Positions 1 through 12,115 of a stretch of DNA of 64,000 nucleotides are shown here, piece after piece. The notes beneath the pieces were generated by a model that saw only the letters and a list, made by a program, of their open reading frames with translations, made no database searches and was not told where the DNA came from. Position numbers and translations under genes: made by a program. The number at the start of each line of letters is the position of its first letter. Positions within the stretch are counted from its first letter, which is position 1. This DNA is from Camelus dromedarius. Its lineage: Eukaryota. The stretch covers positions 1,552,001-1,616,000 of the forward strand of contig NC_087438.1 of NCBI RefSeq assembly GCF_036321535.1, in the 5' to 3' direction.

Positions 1-829
1 AAGACAGTGGGAGGGGCTGGCTTCCGTCCATCCCCCTCACTCACCTTCACTCACCCTGGTGCCACCAGCACATCATGCCATGCGCTCCGTCAGCCCAGGC
101 GCAGGCGGCTCCCCTGGCCCGAGCTCCGTACGGCGGCTGTGGTACCGTTAGGGACCGTCCCCATCCTGAGGAGCAAGCCCGCCGGAGCTGCTGGGCAGTG
201 AGGAGACCCCACCTGGGGTACGGGGTGTGGGGCCCCTGCAGCAGAGCCCGGGGATGAGTCCAGGGGGACGCCCCGGTGGGCGGTCATCGGTGGTCTCACA
301 GGCCAACTATATGTCCTGGATTTTCCAAAAGCAGCTGCAATGCGTTGGTGAATTAACTTGCCCTAAATAATAATACACTATCAGGGTTTAACTGACAGAA
401 ACTGACCACTAAAGTCAGTGCCATCGGAGAACTCAGCAGGAGACCTAGAGCTTCTTCAAAGCCTGCACACCCTTCCCTATGGCACGTCCTCTGGAAGTTA
501 AGTTTCTGAATAGAAGACATTAAATATAAGATTCCTTATGCATTATTCTATCATAAAATAATAATTGGAAGCAAGGTTTTCTGTGCACCCACATGTTCCT
601 GGACGACCATCTGTTTTTTCTCACACTTTTAAAATAGCTGTAGTCAGCAGTCTGTGTGTGTTCCTGAAGACTCCTTCCAGCTCCGTCTCAAGGGCAAACG
701 ACCTCAAGCCTGTCCCGAGTTTGTCAAAATTCACCCCAGTGTGCAGGTGTGTGAACCAAAGCTTAATCACAAGATCGGCATTTTTAGCAGAACTAGTGAT
801 CCCATGTTACTAAAAAATTACTTCTGTAA

Positions 830-1035
830 TTTTTTAGTAACAGTAACTGAAATACAGTTCATACACCGTGAAATCCACCCTTTCAAAGTGTGGAATTCAG
901 TAGTTTTCCGTAGACTTACGGAGTTGTGCTAAACCATCGCCACTCGTTTTAGAAACCCTTATCACCCTAGAGAAACTCTGCCCCCCATTTTTTTCTTCTG
1001 CTCCTGACAACCACTAATCTAACTTCTATCTCTAA
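830..1035 (-). mobile_element. L1 3'-end fragment (L1MB/ME-like)
   Basis: aactgaaatacagttcatacaccgtgaaatccaccctttcaaagtgtggaattcagtag...gacaaccactaatctaacttctatctct resembles the reverse complement of old L1 3' UTRs. Confidence 0.7.
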
Positions 1036-1154
1036 TGCTGCATAGTTTTCACAGACAGCAGAAAGAATAGATCAGTATGTGGGGTTAGTCTCTGGGGACA
1101 CGGTGCAGAGGCAGCAGGCGAATGTGGTTCAAATACCAGATGCAACTCAGAGAG

Positions 1155-1525
1155 TGTGTGAGCCCGTGCATCACACAGCACCGTAGACCGGGATGGGGGG
1201 GCTTAAACAACAGACCCGTGTCTGCTGCCAGTTCCAGAGTCTGGACGTCCGCGCACAGGGTGCCAGCAGGGTCACTCTCTGGTGAGGGCTCCCTTCCTGG
1301 CTTGCAGATGGCCACATTCTCACTGTGTCCGCACCTGGAGGACAGAGTGGAAGAGCACTCCGCTTTCTCTATTTCCAAGAGCAGTAATCCCATGATGTGC
1401 TGCCCACCCTCTCACCCTCATCAACCCCTAATTACGTCCCAAATACCCCTTTTCCAAATACCAGACGCACTGAGGCTCAGGGCTTCAGCATATGAGTCTT
1501 GAAGGGGCACGTTCAGTCTGTGGCA
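1155..1525 (-). mobile_element. MaLR solo LTR (MLT1A-like)
   Basis: ggcttaaacaacaga, ctggtgagggctcccttcctggcttgcagatggccac and ccaaatacc...gggcttcagcatatga...gttcagtctgtggca are typical MLT1 blocks in reverse orientation. Confidence 0.8.
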
Positions 1526-1689
1526 GGCGGGTGCGAGTGCTACAGGGAAATGGAGTCGGAAACCAGGCAGTGGCTGTGCCCAAGCGCAGGCTGCTCCGTG
1601 GACCATGCAATTCCCAGGGCCGCACTGGCGCAGGCGGGCAGCGCCGTCCAGCCGTGCGGTCTGCTTGAACCAACAAGAGGAAGGAAAGC

Positions 1690-2720
1690 CGATAGGCCGC
1701 GTGGCCACCGCGACACCGGAGAGAAAGAACACACGTAGGTGATGACGAAGCCAGGGGGCCACACCTGGCACGTGGCGCCCGCCTTCCTCACCAGGCACGT
1801 GGGCGGGCGGGGGCGCAGCTCGGGGGTGCGGCGTGCTGGGCGTGCACCAGGCCCTGGGCTCAGCGCCCACGACTCCACTACAGCAGAAGCGCACGTGGAG
1901 AGCGTGGCTCTCAACCCCGCAGTCCGACACGCTTTAGAGTCCGGGGGCGGCGCCCGTGCTTCTGACCGAGCCCTCCTGCTGCCCTGCGGCCGCACCGTCC
2001 GCGCCATCGCCGGCGGCACCGGTCACGCAGCCAGTGATGCGCTCGTCCCACGGTCACCGCGCGCCAGGCATCAAACTGCACAAAAAACAAGCCCAGTTGG
2101 TGGTGTTCCCACGGAACTCAGACTAGAGCCGCATGAAGACCCAGGAGCGTCACTCAGACTCCTCAGCAGCATCGCCAGGAGGGCGGGGCGTGGGGGCGCG
2201 GGGTGGGGGGGCGCCAAGGCGCGCAGGCTGCGGGCGGAGCGTTCAGCACCGGGCCCTGGCCGCGTGTCATAAGCTCGGTACCACGGCCCCCGAGCCACAC
2301 CGCTCAGGGTCCGCCCGGGAGGAATGCAAGCCCACCTCCATGCACGCTTGCTCGTGGGGGCTCACGGCCGCGTTGTCCGAAAGAGCCCCTAACAGGGAAG
2401 GATGCAGACGCCGCCCGCGCGAGCGGGCAAAGCCGCCGTGGTCCCCGCCCCCCGGGCGGCCCGCCTGCGCAGTGGGGGCGAGCGAGCGCCCTACAGGGTC
2501 TCAAAGGCACTTTGCTAAATGAAGAGACACAGAAGACTCACACAATAATGACATTTATATAAAAGTCTAGACATGCAAAATATAGTGACAGAAAGCAGGT
2601 CAGTGTCCACTGGGGCAGGTTTGGGGGGCCGATTGCAATGAGCAGGAGGAAAATTTGGGGTGACGGAAATGTTCTGTGTGACAGTGGTGGCTGCAGGCTG
2701 TGAGAGCCGCCACTCTTGCA
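1690..2720 (+). mobile_element. L1 ORF2 3' end and 3' UTR fossil, extremely GC-shifted up to ~2500
   Basis: 2281-2400 (ccacggcccccgagccacaccgctcagggt...gctcacggccgcgttgtccgaaagagcccctaacaggga) is collinear with the L1 block ccatatgacccagcaattccactcctaggt...gttcatagcagc.ttattcataatagccaaaaactggaa. It runs into a recognisable AT-rich 3' UTR (ttgctaaatgaagag...catttatataaaagtctagacatgcaaaa...gtgacagaaagcaggtcagtg...gtgacggaaatgttctgt). The part upstream of ~2130 is less certain. Confidence 0.7.
1801..1890 (+). mobile_element. GC-shifted copy of camelid-type tRNA-derived SINE
   Basis: gggcgcagctcgggggtgcggcgtgctgggcgtgcaccaggccctgggctcagcgccc aligns with the SINE at 55030 (gggtgtagc...cgctcggcatgcacgaggtcttgggctcaatcc). 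Confidence 0.6.
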
Positions 2721-3949
2721 ACTGGATTTAATAATGACAACACAGCGTCACTTAGCATGGCTAAAATAAGTTAAAAAAAAAACTAAATAAACCTGAAAAG
2801 GACCTCTCGGAGTCCAGCTGTCTCTGCTTCCACGACGGTTAATTCCACTGGAAACGTCTCTGAGTCCACCGTATCCAGCCCCCGAGGGTCCTGACGAGGC
2901 CTGCAGCCGACCTCCGGGGTGCCGCTCAGGACACTGCGATGGCCTGTCCCGCGGTCACCGAGGCAGCGCACTGTTCATCCCCGCCCCGGTTACAGGGACG
3001 GGGCAGTGGGAAGAATGACCATCTCGCCGGGAACTAGCCCCATCTGATTCTCTCCCAAGAAGGTACAGCGCGAACCAGCCATCTGACAGGGTGTCGGCAC
3101 GTCTGAGCTGAGGTGAGCACTGTTCGTGTGGAGAAAAGCCCCTTCAGCAAGAACCCATGGGACGTGCAAACCCCCACGCCCGCTGCTTCTCCTGCGTCCA
3201 GAGAGCCTCGCTGGGAAGCTGAGGCCTCCCCTGGCTGGTCCCCTGCCCACGTGCCGCCCTGATGAGATGAGAAGGGTGGACACCAGCCCTCCCTATCCAA
3301 GCAAGGAGCCTCCCTGGTGGGGACCACGGGGGCAAAAGCAGTGTCTGTGTTCTGGCCTCTGGTCCCACGTTCTCGCCAGGCACGGGACGCATCTCTGATA
3401 CGCATTTCGCACCTCTGCTCTGTAACCAAAACCTAACACTACATTAAAGTGAAAAATACGTGCCGAGTCATGACTTCTAAGTCATTTAAAAGGTCACTGT
3501 TACCCAAAGTCTTTACCATCTGCACACGGCGCCCATCCAAACGCAGACATGCCCTTCCCTCCCGAGCAGTACATGTATTTCCGCAGAAGCCACCTGTGTG
3601 CAGAGTGGGTGGATCTCCCGAGAACGTTGTGTGGCCCCTGGCCCCTCCCTCCACACCCCTCCAGGGCAGCAAGCCTGTCCTAGCACCTGCGATCTCTGTC
3701 CCAGCGCAGCGCCCACCCTGAGATTCCGAGGTGGCCTGGTATCCCCGCCTGCCTGTGCTCGTTCCTCCTCGCCCTTCCCGCTCTCCTCCGCTGAGTGTTT
3801 CCCTTTCCCGTGTCTCGTCTAAAATGATGTCCCTGACGGTTTGTTTCATTCTCTATGTCTCCTCTTGGTTTCCCATTTCATCCACTCTCTCGCATGCCCA
3901 GACGTTCACAGAAGCCAAAAAGTTCAGCTTGTCCACTTCTCTGTTCGCC

Positions 3950-4000
3950 AGCTAACTCAGTGCTCTGCACAATTAAGTGCTTAATAAATGTCTTTCGAAG
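3950..4000 (+). mobile_element. L2/MIR 3' terminus
   Basis: cagtgctctgcacaattaagtgcttaataaatgtc. Confidence 0.5.
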
Positions 4001-4719
4001 ATGCAGACGGCCATGCTGGTGATAATCGTCCCGAACTTCCCCCAGGGAGAAGTTCTCGTCCTTGGAGAACTGGGCCTTCTGGAATCAAATTATGAAATGG
4101 AAAATCATTTTCCTTGTATCTTTGGTGACCCGCACAGTTAGTGGCTTAATGAAGAGGAACGTAATTAATGGTGTGCTCGGTGAAGTTCTGTATTCTTCCC
4201 GCAAAATGTTCACGTCTGGTTCAGAAGACTTGAGTTATGCCTGGACTGCTTCCATTCTATGCCCCTAATTGTCAATTCTGAATAATTTAGTATCTTTGTA
4301 AAATAAATTAGAAAGAAAACACACTGTTCAAAATGGCAGACTTACAGTAACATTTATTTAGTGGCTAATAAAAGAAAGGCTAACTTTGCCATGGGTGAAC
4401 ATTACCCTTCGTCATGAAACCTCCATTCCTGATCGCTGTCTCTCACACACAGCCTGCCCGCGTGCCTCTCTCGGAATGCCACCTTTATGGCAGCGCCAAC
4501 TCCTGGAGGGTCCTAATGGGGGTTCCAGCTGGACCCCTGAGACATGGAGAGGCGGAGAGGTGGGGCCAGCCTAGAATTCCAGATGGCCTGCCTGAAGGCT
4601 ATCCTCGTTCTGGGGGACCATCCCCAAGCAGGGACCTGAACTGGGTGGGAGTAAGGCCACCTGAGGGCAGCAATCCAGTCCGAGTATTTCAGGTGAAAGT
4701 TGGGTTGAGGGTCTCAAGT

Positions 4720-4950
4720 TCATCCATACACCCATCCACTCACTCATTCCACAGATGCTGGCTGCAAGCTTACCGGGCACCAGCCCTGCCCAGGGCTTGG
4801 AGACACAGCCCAGCCATGACGGAGGCCCCTTGGCTCCTGGGCACCTGGGACTCACATCCAGGAGGAGAGACCCAGCTCCAGACTGAAGGAGGCAAGGAAG
4901 CTCTGGGCTCCACTCGCTGTGCACTGCAGGTGCCTGATGTTCAGAGAGGG
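4720..4950 (-). mobile_element. L2 3' end
   Basis: catcc...cactcactcattccacagatgctggctgcaagcttaccgggcaccagccctgcccagggcttggagacacagc resembles the reverse complement of the L2 tail. Confidence 0.6.
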
Positions 4951-7900
4951 AAGAACACAGCAAGGCAGACCACGCATGCCACCCGGATTACACTGCCAGC
5001 TTGAAATACGCTGGGAGGAATCAGACGGCCATTTCTTAGAATTAGAAGTGATGCCTTCATCCTTTCCCACCCTCTCCCCTGTCCTGCTCCGGTGCTGTGG
5101 GTGCCGCCACCGTGAGGATGGAGAAACCACGGACGCCAGCACGTGCGGCCGCCGCTCTGCACTTGGTGCTCTGCGCACGGAGAGAACCAGAGGGTTCTGT
5201 CCTCGCCCCACCGCAGCCACCCCGGCCCAGCGTCCACGTGCTGCCCTGGCCACCACATTGCCGCTTCTCTGACTGCAGGTGGGAGGGAGCCCTGAAGACC
5301 CCTTCGCCTGCACCCCGCCGCCCCTGCGGAAGTGTTGGGGCAATCGCCCAGGACGGAAGCCTCGGCTGGAGGGGCGCAGTGCGGAAGAAGACACAGCCCT
5401 GGGGGCCAGGGCAGAAGACCTGGTTTTGAACACCACCAGGCTGCCCAGGGGAGTTGACCATCCTTCTCTGGCCCACGGTGTCCCCCTACCCCCGCCATCA
5501 TGAGGAGCATCAGTCCCGCGTGGACGTGCACACAGGCTGGCGTGCTCCCAGTCAGGGGTCTGCTGCGGGGACTGGGCTGGAATGGGCACAAATAACATTC
5601 CCCCTTTTCCTCCAGGGGACGCACCCCGCCCTCATGCCACAGGGAGAAAAGCCTTTTTAAGCTTTGCCTTAAACTGGGACTAAGTCATTCTCAGGGATCA
5701 GTGGCATCAGATAGGACGCCCACTCTCTCCCTCCTTCTGCTACACATGTCATCAAGTCAGGGACGTGCGGGGCCACCTCTTCCCATTTGGAAGGTGGGGT
5801 CCCTCAGAGAGATCCCCTCGTTCTACTGAAGGTCCAGACAGCCTCCACTCAAGCCCCTCGGCTCGCTCCACAGGGAGCTTCTCCAAGCGCGTCTTCGATG
5901 TTCCTGGACAGACCTCAGGATGAAGAATGGAGTCGAACCCCCCCCCCCAACCAGCGACCTACTGTAGATCTGGTATGCAGTGGGGGAGGGAGTCAAAACG
6001 CCAGCCTCTAATTAAAACTCATAAAGGAAAAATTAAATTCCACCCTTTAATGAGGCCATTTATTGTCATGGATACAAAGGGGGATAAACACCAATGGAAA
6101 CGCACTGAGGAAACCGCACGTGGTGGGAGGGGCCCCGGAAGTCATGGCTGGGGCGCACTCACACCGCAGCTGGATTAGCAGAGTCCCGCTCCGCTCTGCG
6201 TACGGGCACCGGTGGTCTGCACCGAAGCAGGGAGTGAGAGGTCCAGGACCTATCTTTTGAATTAAACTTGTAGAAAAAGATTAATTTATGAACTAGCAAT
6301 AAAGGAGTGTGCACACCACGCAAACAAAAACCGTGAGATTTCTATGCTTCAGATCTTTTTCTTTTAATGTAAAGATTTTCAAATCGGGGTTGGGCGGGGC
6401 TGGGGTGGGAGTCCAGCGTGTCAGCAAGCCCCCGATTTAAGCATGAACTAGGAGGAGTGCTTTAAATCCCCCAGTTCCCCGATGGAGGAGCCTCAGACGG
6501 TTTCCTGAAGAATCAAGTTAATTGGGTTTGGTGTAAGGTTGGTGTCCTTCCTGCTGGAAACTTTCCCAGGCCTTCCTGGGTGTCGTGGCCACCAGACTCC
6601 CGGTCACCCTGTTCGCCCAGACTTTAATTAGCTCTGGCGTCCTCTCCATGATGATAAATGCAGAGATGATAAATGGAAATGCAAATGACGGCGAGGAGGC
6701 CCAGCCGTCAGCACCGAGCGTCATGAACACCTCCCCGCGGCGGAATCGATCACTGTCAGCGCGGCGCTGCGGGCCGCGGGGCGCGGGGCCACCGGCCAGC
6801 ACGCCTTCCCGGGCATGGGCAGGCCGGCCGTGGTGGGGCTCTCCTCCCCATATGCTTTTGCTCATCTTTTACTGAGTATTTGCTTGGCAGCCAGAGTTCC
6901 AATATATTTCCAGCTGAGATGGTAACTATGTTGGGTCAATAAGCAAATAGCTAATTTAGAGCAAAATAAATACCAATAAGAAAGCATTCTCTGAGCACCG
7001 AGAGCTGAAAGGAAGTCAGTGGAATGAGTCCATCCGCCTGTCTCAACCCCGAAAGAGCCACTTGGAAGCCGTCTCTCACGTCGGCTTTCAAGGAATAATG
7101 GAGACCTGTCCCCCCAGTTTAAGGCACGTTAGATTTTTTCCCAGGACCTTGGAGCGCAGAGCACTCTCAGCCCACTGTTGCAGGGGGCTCCCTCCGGGAA
7201 ACGCGTGGCTTCATAAGGATGGCATCTCTTCTTGAGCTGGCGACCCAGCCAGGTGCCTCTCAACCCACCTCGCTGACGCCCCGGCCCCTTCCTTGGGGCC
7301 GTGGAGAGGCAGCCCTCGTCCTTCTGCAGAGTCGACCTCGTCCATGGCTTGGAGGTGGGGGCGTGTTTCCCTCAGCCTGGTTACGTGGCAGAAAGACACC
7401 CTGATGAGGGGACGCCAGCCAGGGGAGGATAAGGGGTCCCGCCCATCTCCTTTCCCGCCGCCCCAGCCCAGCCCACCGCGTTCTGCCCGCGGGCCTGCCG
7501 CCCCGTGGCCCCGCCCCAGCTGACCACCTCTGTACTGAGACCCAGCTGCCGGCTGGCCACACCCTGTGCCACCACACAAGGGGCTCGAGGGCTTCAGGAC
7601 CAGCATCCGCGGAATCTCGTGAGGATGGCCCATCTCTGATGCCACGTTACCTGCAAATCGTCCCCTGTCCAAGCCAAAGGGACCATGTTGTCCAGGGTTT
7701 GGGACATCAGCCCCTGGAGAGGCGCACCTGAGCCCAGAAGCTCAAAGCAGACGGTGAAGCCATCGTGGACGAGTCTGCCTTCAATGCAGACTTTCTGGGA
7801 GGGAAGCGAGAAAGCCGGCCAGCAAGCCCTTGGTTTTCTCCGTATCTGTACTGATAGTGTCTCCCATCTTGGAAACAGCTGCCACCATCAGCCGGCTTTC

Positions 7901-8669
7901 ATTATGGAGCCCTGAGACCGCAGGATGTCACCGCGGCAGCCCTCCACATGCCCCGCATTGCAGCTTCTCAGTCAGAGGTCTGTCTGTACCAAAGGCGCCC
8001 ACTCCTCCTCCCCTCCCCCGGCACCACCTCCTCTCCCCCTTGGTCTTCCTCTTTCTCGATACCCAGCCGCCCTTCAGTCCGTCCTCTCCCAGAGGCTGGG
8101 GGTCTCTGGAAGCCACCTGCCTGGTCACGGAGCCCCCTGCCTGCATCTCAGATGCCCCGAGTCACCCCGGCCTCCCTCACCTTCCTCCAGCCACTCGGCT
8201 CTCTTTCCCGTCTTCCTCCTTAGGGGACCAGCTCTGGGCTGAGATCCTCCGTGAGTGTTTCCTGTCCCTGGACCCCCATCTGCCCGCTCCTCGGGGTCAT
8301 CGCTGCTCAGCAGTGTCCACGCCACGCAGCACAGATGGAAGCTCGCTGTGCAACCCAGGAGGAGGTGGGCAGGCGTGGACTCTCACCAGCCACGGGGACT
8401 TAGTGGCTGCTGGATGCCTGTGTCAGCATCCTTTTCAGTAATGTGAAAGTAACATCCTTAGGGGCCTCTTGGGGGAGGCGAGGACCGGGGGCTGATGTGA
8501 GGAAGGGCGCGGCCCCTTTGCAGATGGACGCGCTGAGTGTTAGCAGGTTGACTCCTCATGAACTCAGCAGGCTCAGAATAAATGCCACTCGTTCACAGGC
8601 GCTTCCTTAGACCCAGTGGTACTGCTATTTTCCGACACGAACTGCACCGCTGTCTCCTATGCCACGTGC

Positions 8670-9100
8670 GCTCCTGCAGGGGGACCTGCCCCTCTCCCAT
8701 CGTGAGATAAGGGGTCTTTTAATCCCATTGAAGGGGAGGGTCCTGTGACCACATGAGCAACCCAGCTCAGCCCGGTGACACTGTCACAGTCTGGAGAGAG
8801 TCTAGCGAAGGACTGGCAGCTCCCACTTCTTGTCTCTTGGGATGTTTACTCTGGGGACGTCTGTGCTATGAGATGGCCAAGCCCAGGGGGCGTCTGCCCT
8901 GTGGGCTCTGGTTGACGGCTGAGCAGCCAGGCCACCACCAGGACCAAGGCCGCACGCGGAGGGCGCCGTGTCGGGTACCCGGCACGGTGGAGCCTCTGGG
9001 CTGCTCCAGCCCCTGAGCTCCTGACTGCCGCCCACTGAGCACCAGCCCCCACGGGCTTCTGAGGCCATGGAGTTTGGGGTGACTTGTTACTCAGCAGTCA
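8670..9100 (+). mobile_element. MaLR LTR (older MLT1, F/G/H-like)
   Basis: cccacttcttgtctcttgggatgtttactctgggg...ctatgagatggccaagccc and terminal ctgaggccatggagtttggggtgacttgttactcagcag. Confidence 0.6.
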
Positions 9101-9174
9101 GAGTAGATCCCCTCACTGGGTCTCGAGGTCCCTGGATGAACTTCTGTCCTCATCACCGTCTCCTCTAGCGCTGC

Positions 9175-9300
9175 CTAGCTGTCGTCCCCACTGGATGGGA
9201 CTGTCCCTGAGGGCAGGGCTGGTTGCTTTGTCTCATCACCGGACATGGTCCAGTGCCTAGCAGGGTCTCAGTAAGCACTTGCAGAAGAAATGAGTGTAGA
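9175..9300 (+). mobile_element. L2 3' end
   Basis: ccccactggatgggactgtccctgagggcagggc...ccagtgcctagcagggtctcagtaagcacttgcagaagaaatgag. Confidence 0.65.
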
Positions 9301-10839
9301 GATGCTTGGTTCTAATTTTTCACGACGCCACCTCCCCTGCAGGCTGGCAGGGTGGTATCGGTGTGCGGTGGTCCCCGGGAGCCCTGAGAGCTGCCATCTG
9401 GGGGCCTCCCCGGCTGTGAGCCTCCCCGACTGCACGGGATGCAGACCATCCTCACCCCCCAGTGACCGCCCTGCCCCTGCGTGTTCGGACCCATCTATTC
9501 TTGGGGTGAAATTAACAGTTACTTCAATTACTTTTAAAAGTTTATGTCAGGAATGAAATAAAACTTCACAAAGACGATCTTGAGCAGTGACACAGAACAG
9601 TTAGAGTCCAGGTTCCGTTTTGAAAATTTCACGACTGTTTTTCTGCTCCTCAGGTTAATAATTTGTCGACACATCAGCCCAGAGAGACAATGAAGATAAA
9701 CTGCTCCCCTCCTTTTAAGCCTCATTTATAGCCACAAACTATCTTTTAAAGGTGCTGCTTTATTAAAATCAGCATCCTGACAAGGCGTCTGTTAGCAGTG
9801 CTTCCTCCCTCCGCAGAAAACCACGAAAGCAACTTGAAAGCTGCAGTGTGATTTCTCTCCACAATAAATAAGGGTAAGTCGATTTCCACCTGGCGGTGGG
9901 TTAAATGTTTTATTTTGTCAGCGTAATGAAGACAGAAAAGCAAAAGGAGACAAAATATTTTGTTTCCTTGGTGCCCGTTAAGGCTTTGGCATCCTTTTAC
10001 AGAGCACTGGCCAACTTCAATAACAACATAACATGAGGAAAGAAATTAGACATTTTAATTGTGAGATTATAACTTACTGATGGAAGAGCTGGGAATAAGC
10101 CAAAACAAATTTTAATGACAAAACAATAATCTAAGCAAAGTAGAAGACATTAGACTCTGTGAGCTTTGGAAGAAAACACAGAAGCAGAATGAGTAACACC
10201 TCTGAATTTATGAACTATAGACAACATCTCTTGTGAGAAAGGTTAGCAAAGACATTCCAGGTAATGCAGGCTGCTTTAAGCAGTAAATCAAAAGCAAAAT
10301 TGGGTAACATTTCACAGAGCCTCATAGCTCATGATTTAGGTAGCTGCAGGAAAATTACATCCCTAAGGAAAATTTAGAAATTTCAAAATAAAGAATCCAC
10401 AGGTCCCGTCACGGTGACCGTCAGCAAGGACTCACACGATTTTAAAACATGTTAGTACTTTCACACACAGCAGAAGAGTCAGACCCGGGTGTAAGAATTT
10501 TACTTGTTGTGTTTTCCAAACAATAGGTCTGTTCTCAATCCACCTCGCAGCCTGGAGGCTGGGAGATCCTGGTGGACGTCTTGATTCTGGTAGAATCTGA
10601 CCAGCCCGTGATTGCCCCCTTCCCAAGACACAGGACCGCAAGTCCTCAGGTTTGACAAAACACGGTAGAGGCAGATGGTTGTCTGGCCCGGTTTTGCTGC
10701 CCACCCCCTTGGGTTGTCAGCAGTGACCACACCCCTCGCCCAAGTGTCGGTAACAGGACAGCACCGATGGTCGCAGAAATCATGGCAGAGAACGGCTAGG
10801 CGGTTGGGGGAGCCCTCACTTGGCTTAATCGTTTTTAAG

Positions 10840-11640
10840 TCGACTTTCTTGAAGTGTGATTTACAGACAGTAAAATTCACACATTTTAAGTGTCCAATGT
10901 GATGCATTTTGATAGACTCCTGAGAAAGCACTTCCATCAAGATGCGGAGCATTTCAGTCTCCCCAGGAAGTTGTCTCGGGTCTCTGCCCAGCCAGCCGAC
11001 CCGCCTCCGGCCAGCACTGGCCTCATTCCTCTCTGTGCAGATTCATCCTGCCTGTGCTGGAATTTCTTGTGAATGGAATTATGCGGTATCGACTCCGTGG
11101 GCTGCTTGCGCAGCGTAATCTCCATGAGGTGTACGTCTGTGTGCGATCAGTAACTCACCCGTTTTTATAGCTGGATACTGTTCTAAAGCCTGAATGTACT
11201 GCCGTGCGTTTATCCATCCATCTACTGACAGACAAGCGGGCTGTTCCCAGTCTGGGGCTATCATGAATTAGTGAACATTCTTGCACAAGTCATTTTAAGG
11301 GACAACATTTTCATTTCTATGGAGTAAATGCTTAGGAGTGGGCCACGTCCTAAATGCACATCTAACTTTGCGACAGCCTTACGAGATGGCAGGCCCACCT
11401 TCCGCCCCCACCAGCCGAGTGCAGGCGTCCCGGCTGCCCTGTACTCTTCAGCCTCCCACACTGCTCGTCTTCGCAGTTACAATGAGATTTGGGACGCTGT
11501 GAATTTCAAATGCATATACATTGCAGGGAGTGTCTTTTATATGCTTTTATATGTTTATTGTCATTTCTAGATCTTCTTTTGAGAAATAATCCATTCAAAT
11601 ATTTTTTCCCATTCTTTAATTAGCATGTTTGTCCTGTTGC
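10840..11640 (-). mobile_element. L1 3' UTR and ORF2 C-terminus (L1MB/ME-like)
   Basis: tttacagacagtaaaattcacacattttaagtgt, ttatccatccatctactgacagaca...tgttcccagtctggggcta, ttcttgcacaagtc and atttctatggagtaaatgcttaggagtgg are reverse-strand L1 motifs. Confidence 0.8.
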
Positions 11641-11647
11641 CAAGAGT

Positions 11648-11900
11648 TTTTTTTTTTTTATATACAATATGGTATTATTAACTGCAGTCCCCTGCTGTGT
11701 GTCACATCCCCAGGACTTGTTTGTTATAACCGGAAGTCTGTACATTTTGACCCCCTTCACCCATTTGCCTACCCCCCACCCCTGCCTCTGGGAACCACCA
11801 ATCTGTTCTCTGTATCTGTAAGTTTGATTTTTTTGTGGGTTTTTTTTTTTTTTTTTGGTTTATTTGATTCAATGTAAGTGAGATAATACGGTATGTCTTT
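11648..11900 (-). mobile_element. Younger L1 3' fragment (L1MA9/artiodactyl-like) nested in older L1
   Basis: poly-T at ~11647-11659, then tatacaatatggtattattaact...cacatccccaggactt...ctctgggaaccaccaatctgttctctgtatct...gattcaatgtaagtgagataatacggtatg. Confidence 0.75.
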
Positions 11901-11929
11901 GAGAAATAATTTTTCACAGTTGTTTGTTT

Positions 11930-12115
11930 GGTTTGTATACAGATATGTGTATATGTGTATGTGTATGCCCATGCAGTCCACAAACACACATGTGTACATA
12001 TGTATACATTTGTGAAGCGTATGCATGTACGTATTCGTATATGGGCAAAGACTTGTACCCAGATTCTGCACACATGTAAGTCTGGGCACAAGTCTTCGGT
12101 CACATGCACGTGTTG
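11930..12115. repeat. Degenerate alternating purine-pyrimidine (TA/TG/CA)n tract
   Basis: gtatacagatatgtgtatatgtgtatgtgtatg...acacacatgtgtacatatgtatac... Confidence 0.6.

Noticed and set aside
1421..8450. Many 100-250 aa ORFs in GC-rich sequence (also 24099-27947 and 30550-32112)
   Set aside because: Overlapping on both strands, Pro/Arg/Gly/Ala-rich, often crossing repeat fossils, with no recognisable domain; expected by chance at high GC. Small spliced exons cannot be excluded without RNA-seq or alignment.
10640..10800. Possible MER58-like hAT MITE
   Set aside because: Only a weak 5' resemblance (caggtttgacaaaacacgg...tctggcccggtttt); no convincing second terminus.
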